A stretch of 63,957 nucleotides of DNA, counting the filler, from Octopus bimaculoides (Eukaryota), in the NCBI RefSeq assembly GCF_001194135.2. It is 9 parts of 8 records of this genome, joined end to end, with 100 filler letters (N's around TTAATTAATTAA, not from the genome) between each part and the next. Parts side by side here need not be neighbours in the genome. Positions count along the whole stretch, not along the records: positions 58,312 to 62,792 come from NC_068985.1; positions 62,893 to 63,957 come from NW_026311578.1; 7 more parts are not named here. One strand, 5' to 3'. This document shows positions 59,224 to 63,957 of the stretch, piece by piece. Each line of letters begins with the position of its first letter. Positions within the stretch are counted from its first letter, which is position 1. The notes beneath the pieces are model-generated. The model searched no databases and was not told the origin of the DNA. It was given only the letters and a program-made list of their open reading frames with translations. Both the position numbers and the translations under genes were made by a program.

Positions 59224-60156
59224 GTATGTATGTATGTATGTATGTATGTATATGTCCGTCAGGTCACTCCTATTGCTACTGATAACATGAAACTCAGAAC
59301 AACTTGGGCCGTCAGCAAGTAACCCGACAACTCTCTCGAGTTTGCTTGGAAGAATAGTGGTGTCGTTGGGCAACTTACGAAGTGCTGCTACTTTGGCTCA
59401 GGATAGACCTGGGAACAATAGTGGCTAAGTGATGGTGACACACCTTCAAGACCCTGGAATTCCCATACCAGAGCTCCAGTATCGGATACAGTTTAAAGTC
59501 ATACACAGGACATACATACATACATACATATAGACAGATACATGCATACATACATACATACATACATACATACATACATACATACATACATACATACATA
59601 CATGCATGCATAATTGCCACTTCTTCGTTTTCGAGTATAAGATGACGGTGTCGGTACGTCAAGCGATGTCTGTGCATGATGTTTTTAAAGTGAGGAGAGG
59701 CTTTGCACACAGCCAATTCCTAGGAGTCACGCACTCCCAGTAATGTGATACACCGTGCTTACGTTCTAATGCTCTCGGTTCTCTGCTGACTGAATCTGTT
59801 GTGTCAATCCTCTATGTAGCCGCTGTTTTCTGCTCCAAAGTTACCAGTTTGCCTATGATTGCTACAGGAACTATTGTTGTCTATGAGGAATAGTAGGACT
59901 AAGTTGGTATACACAGTATTGACTTTAATAAGTTCATCAAACCTTTGACAGGTTTTATTTTTCATCCTGTAGGGTGTTCAATGCCCCTCCTCACTAAGCA
60001 AGCCTTGTGCGGTTGCCATTTAGTCGCCGACGGTCCGATGTTTCAGCAGGTTGTACTGCATTGCATGTTACCAGTGGCACACACAAGTGACCTGACATAC
60101 ATGCATACATATATACATACATACATACATACATAGAGAGAGATAGACATACATTC

Positions 60157-60206
<50 letters not shown>

Positions 60207-60399
60207 GCACACGCATGTACACTTCAGTGAAAAATTAAGTTTAATTCAAACGCATGCACCTCTATTCCGAAATAATTTAAATAGATAATTTAAAAAACAA
60301 AAGATAAAACTATTCATAATTACATTTCCAGGCTTATAACGCATCTGTCGAGTGTTGGAGACCTAGAAATGTGTTTCAATAAATTTGTAAATTGCTAAA

Positions 60400-60620
60400 A
60401 TAAACTGGACCATCGCGCCTAGTAAGACAGGTGAAAGTTGATTCAATTCCAGTATTATACGAACACTTTTTCTCGGGCTAAAAATTGATCCAGTACTTGA
60501 CTGGTGTATAATTGTATCCACGCTGAAAGGACGAACAGAAAAGTTGACCACAGGAAGGCTTATAGTTAGAATGTAAAGGAACGTGACTGTACAACACAAG
60601 TTATTTTCTCCGTTACTTCA
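60400..60620 (-). mobile_element. Old SINE-A
   Basis: TGACTGGTGTATAATTGTATCCACGCTGAAAGGACGAACAGAAAAGTTGACC. Confidence 0.5.
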
Positions 60621-61799
60621 CTGATTCTGCTAAGCATCTACGTCATCATTATGTAGAAAGAACAAGAAAACTGCTACGCAATCACAAGATCTGTTTGAAA
60701 TAACTGCCAATCTCCCCACCATCTTGAAAAACAAAGGGCCGTTTGGCTTGTGTAGTTATATAAAAACTTGAGTAAGTCACGACTGGAAAGGCGTCCTCCA
60801 TAGATCTGCTCGATCACACTTCACCGGGACAAAACAACAGCAATATGTTTATAATTATGATAAAGAAAAATCAAGATAATCAAATTTTCAATTGAAAATG
60901 AAATTCAATATGAAGCCTTAATTAATTTCTATTAAATTACTTATTTCAACAGAAAAGCAGTGGCTGCAGATCGATATTGGACCCCCTACTTTAATAACAG
61001 CCATTATTACTAGAGGCAGAGCAGACACTAGGCGAAAACATTGGGTAACCAAGTTCAATGTAACCTACAGCAACGATACTAAAATATGGTACGGCTACCG
61101 AGACGCCCTTCATTTAGCCAGCAAGGTAAGTCACTCTTAATTAAATAATAACAAGAAATGAAAACCTTTCATCTAAACATAATTCATACGTTTAGCCAGA
61201 CCTTAACTGAACATAATAAATTTAATATCATATCAACTGAAAATTATTAAAGAAATATATTTAATTTCAACAGATTAGGTTATTAATTGTCGGCCGATAA
61301 ATCACATTTTTGGAAAGGAAAGATATTTTTATCAATTAACGTCTAAATAATATTTACATCTGTTTAATCAGCGATCGGTATTTGAGTAAATATCGGAAAA
61401 TATTTCGTTTCCAAAGATGAAGTTGACAGATCGATCATTTATAACTGTGTTTGTTAAAACAATCTTATGAACATTGAATACTCAACAGATGTTTGTATTT
61501 TAACATTGTTGGTGCCTAACTCTTGTACATAGCTGTATTACACACTCACGCAATCACATGTATGTATGTATTGTGTACATGTCGTCTAATAGTTTAAGAG
61601 TGTTGGGCTCAACGATCAAAATATCGTCTGCTCGACTCTTGGACTAGACACTTCATTTCACTTTGCTCCAGTCTACTCGGCTGAAAATGAATACCAGTCG
61701 AGTCCTGGGATAGTCCTCAGGTCTTCCAGCTGTCACATCCTGCCAATTGCGAGAGGTTCAAGGTGTCCATGTCGGATCATAACAATACATGTACTTAAA

Positions 61800-62790
61800 A
61801 CAATTAGGAAAAGCGTGGTCCAAAGATAGAAAAACTCCAACTGGATACGATCAGCAGATTCTTATGATCCCGACTACCTTCTGCTTAGACCAATCAAACC
61901 AAACTGAGTTCTCTAAATTTATATGCCAGCACTTTTAGTTTGGCTGGTTCTTGAAGCCTCCCCTAAGAGGCGAATCTTTACCGTTGATAATCTTCTGATG
62001 TAATTTCCATACCATCCTTTTTTCTCCTCCATTCACCAGCATTCCTCCAACTTTCCTTCATCCCACGTTCACAACAGGTCCTCACAAGTGAATAGTGAAG
62101 TGCAGGCCAAGGTGGAAGAGTGGACATGTGCCCTGCCCTTCTCTAGAGGATTTTCAGTAACCTTCGTTTTAGACTGAGTCCATTCTTTTCCTTTGTTCTT
62201 TTTTTTTTCATTTTACTGACACTAACGAGTTCATACCAGCCTTTATGTTCCATATCTTCCCTAATACACATGACGATGGGCCTGTATTGTGAATGAAAAC
62301 CCTCATCAGTTGCTACTGAATGTTTCACAGAGCAGCACGAGGTGATTCTGTTTGCTTTTACTTTTAGTCTGATTATCATTGGAGCTGAGACTCTAGACAC
62401 AGTGGTTGCAACAATTGCCGTCATAGACTTGCTACCGTTGTTGAATCTGTAAATCTCCACAACTATCTTCTTTCCTTGCCTTTTCATTTCTAAACGGAAG
62501 GCCTTCAAAGGATTCTTGCCCCCACGCTACTAGTTTAATTGACCTCCTCATTGCTTCCATAATGGGTTACGACCCCAAGAAAGCTTTGTCGCTTTTGGAG
62601 GATCATCAGGACGTAGATGTCCATGCAGATTCCATCTGATAAAATATTTTTTGCTTGTCACCTATGCGCGTATTACCTGCTCGTAGTCTGTCACAGACTT
62701 GACTTGAACATCCTCCAAAATTAGTTAGAACTTCTAACTTCTTTCATTGAAAGTCTTCTACATTTTTTAAACAACTGCATATTATCTTCC
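61800..62790 (-). mobile_element. RTE-clade LINE remnant (APE endonuclease to pre-RT region), heavily decayed
   Basis: GDKQKIFYQ, GARIL, IYRFNNGSKSMTAIV, SQYRPIVM, EKRMVWKLHQKIING in the expected order. Confidence 0.5.
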
Positions 62791-63957
62791 ACNNNNNNNN
62801 NNNNNNNNNNNNNNNNNNNNNNNNNNNNNNNNNNNNTTAATTAATTAANNNNNNNNNNNNNNNNNNNNNNNNNNNNNNNNNNNNNNNNNNNNTTTAACTT
62901 TGAAAATCATTATCGGACTAATTAACTTCCGTTACATTTAGCATCGGTTAACTCAAGTCCGTTCATCGAAAAATTTCATAGAAACCGGTAAACGTTTAAA
63001 AGTTTCTATTGTTTTCAGATTGTCTTAGCATATTTAGTATTGTACGTGTCTTCCTATCAACCCCGATATAACGCCACTTATTATTATAAATAACTTGTAG
63101 GACCCGTTTGGCCCTGCCTGGATTTGAAACCAAATCCACCCGCTTGTTGCTTGCAAAGAAAATTTGTTTGTACTCGCTCAGGTAAATGTCAACAGAAAAT
63201 ATTTACTTTCGTAAAGTGGAAAAAATAAATAGAAGGAAAAAGGTTGGTAAATATTTCGGTGTGAACGTAAATAGCTGTTACTTGGCAGCAGGGCATGCTA
63301 GAAATAGCAGCTAAATCTTTCTTTTTCTGGAAGAAGGAGCCGTTTACGCGTGATTTCGATGTCACATTCGTTGAAAGCATGCAAAATAACCTGGAAAAGA
63401 AAAGACCTGCGAAACAAAAGTCCCTTGGTCGGAAACCTCGAGGTTCCCACCACTCCTTCCTTCTTTGCTTTCCGGAAAAAAGTGTCTTGCAGCGGGTGTA
63501 GAGGTCAGATACGTTGAATGCTCCCGAAAAAAGTGCGCAAAATATTATTCCACACAGAGGCACGAAATATTTACCGAAAGAATAAAATCTTGTACCGATT
63601 ATACTTGTATTCTAACTAATTCAAATTAATGTGGCTCATCTTGAAAAGTGGTAAAATTTTTGTCGGTTGCCATCTGGGATAATTTTATAACAAATCAAAC
63701 AGGTAAGATGCATTTAGAATTTCAATGTTACGGTTTAAACATATTATTGCTTTTACCCCTGTTAATTAAATTTAGCTGCCCATAAAAGTCAAGTTTACTA
63801 AGCAAGATCAGCTAAAATTACATAACTATAAACCAATGGTATATAAAACACCCACTCACAAAATTTCAAATCTGTATGTAAAAAAGTTACAAAGTTACAG
63901 GCAACACCCCTCTTGAAACTGAATAATTCAAAATAACGTGAACAAATAAGCATTACA

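Noticed and set aside
63640-63710. CAG|GTAAG donor as a host exon end
   Set aside because: No recognisable reading frame or acceptor; an isolated splice-like motif.

Overview
AT-rich, repeat-dominated animal genomic DNA. The SINE families, LINE clades and extreme microsatellite density look like an octopus or other coleoid cephalopod; this is inference from pattern recall, not a database hit. The window is not one natural contig. Eight identical 100-nt artificial spacers (44 N + TTAATTAATTAA + 44 N) split it into nine segments, and there are further ordinary N gaps. I could not recognise any host protein-coding exon; almost all ORFs in the track are translated microsatellites or N runs. The real coding signal comes from decayed retroelements: R4/Dong (three pieces), CR1, RTE (two RT/endonuclease fragments plus a two-zinc-finger C-terminus), Penelope-like (RT + GIY-YIG), Tx1/L1, and the 3' end of a Gypsy element. 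These sit among about 35 copies of tRNA-headed SINEs and several MITEs. The most interesting signal is a set of five minimal type I hammerhead-ribozyme-like motifs in three unrelated repeat families. One tandem pair (4661-5137) has the architecture of a retrozyme. All five share a non-canonical core with an extra nucleotide after A9 and an ultra-short helix III, and one family has U at position 6. A second theme is Dong elements inserted into microsatellites that are themselves the tails of other retroposons. All alignments and folds were done by eye.
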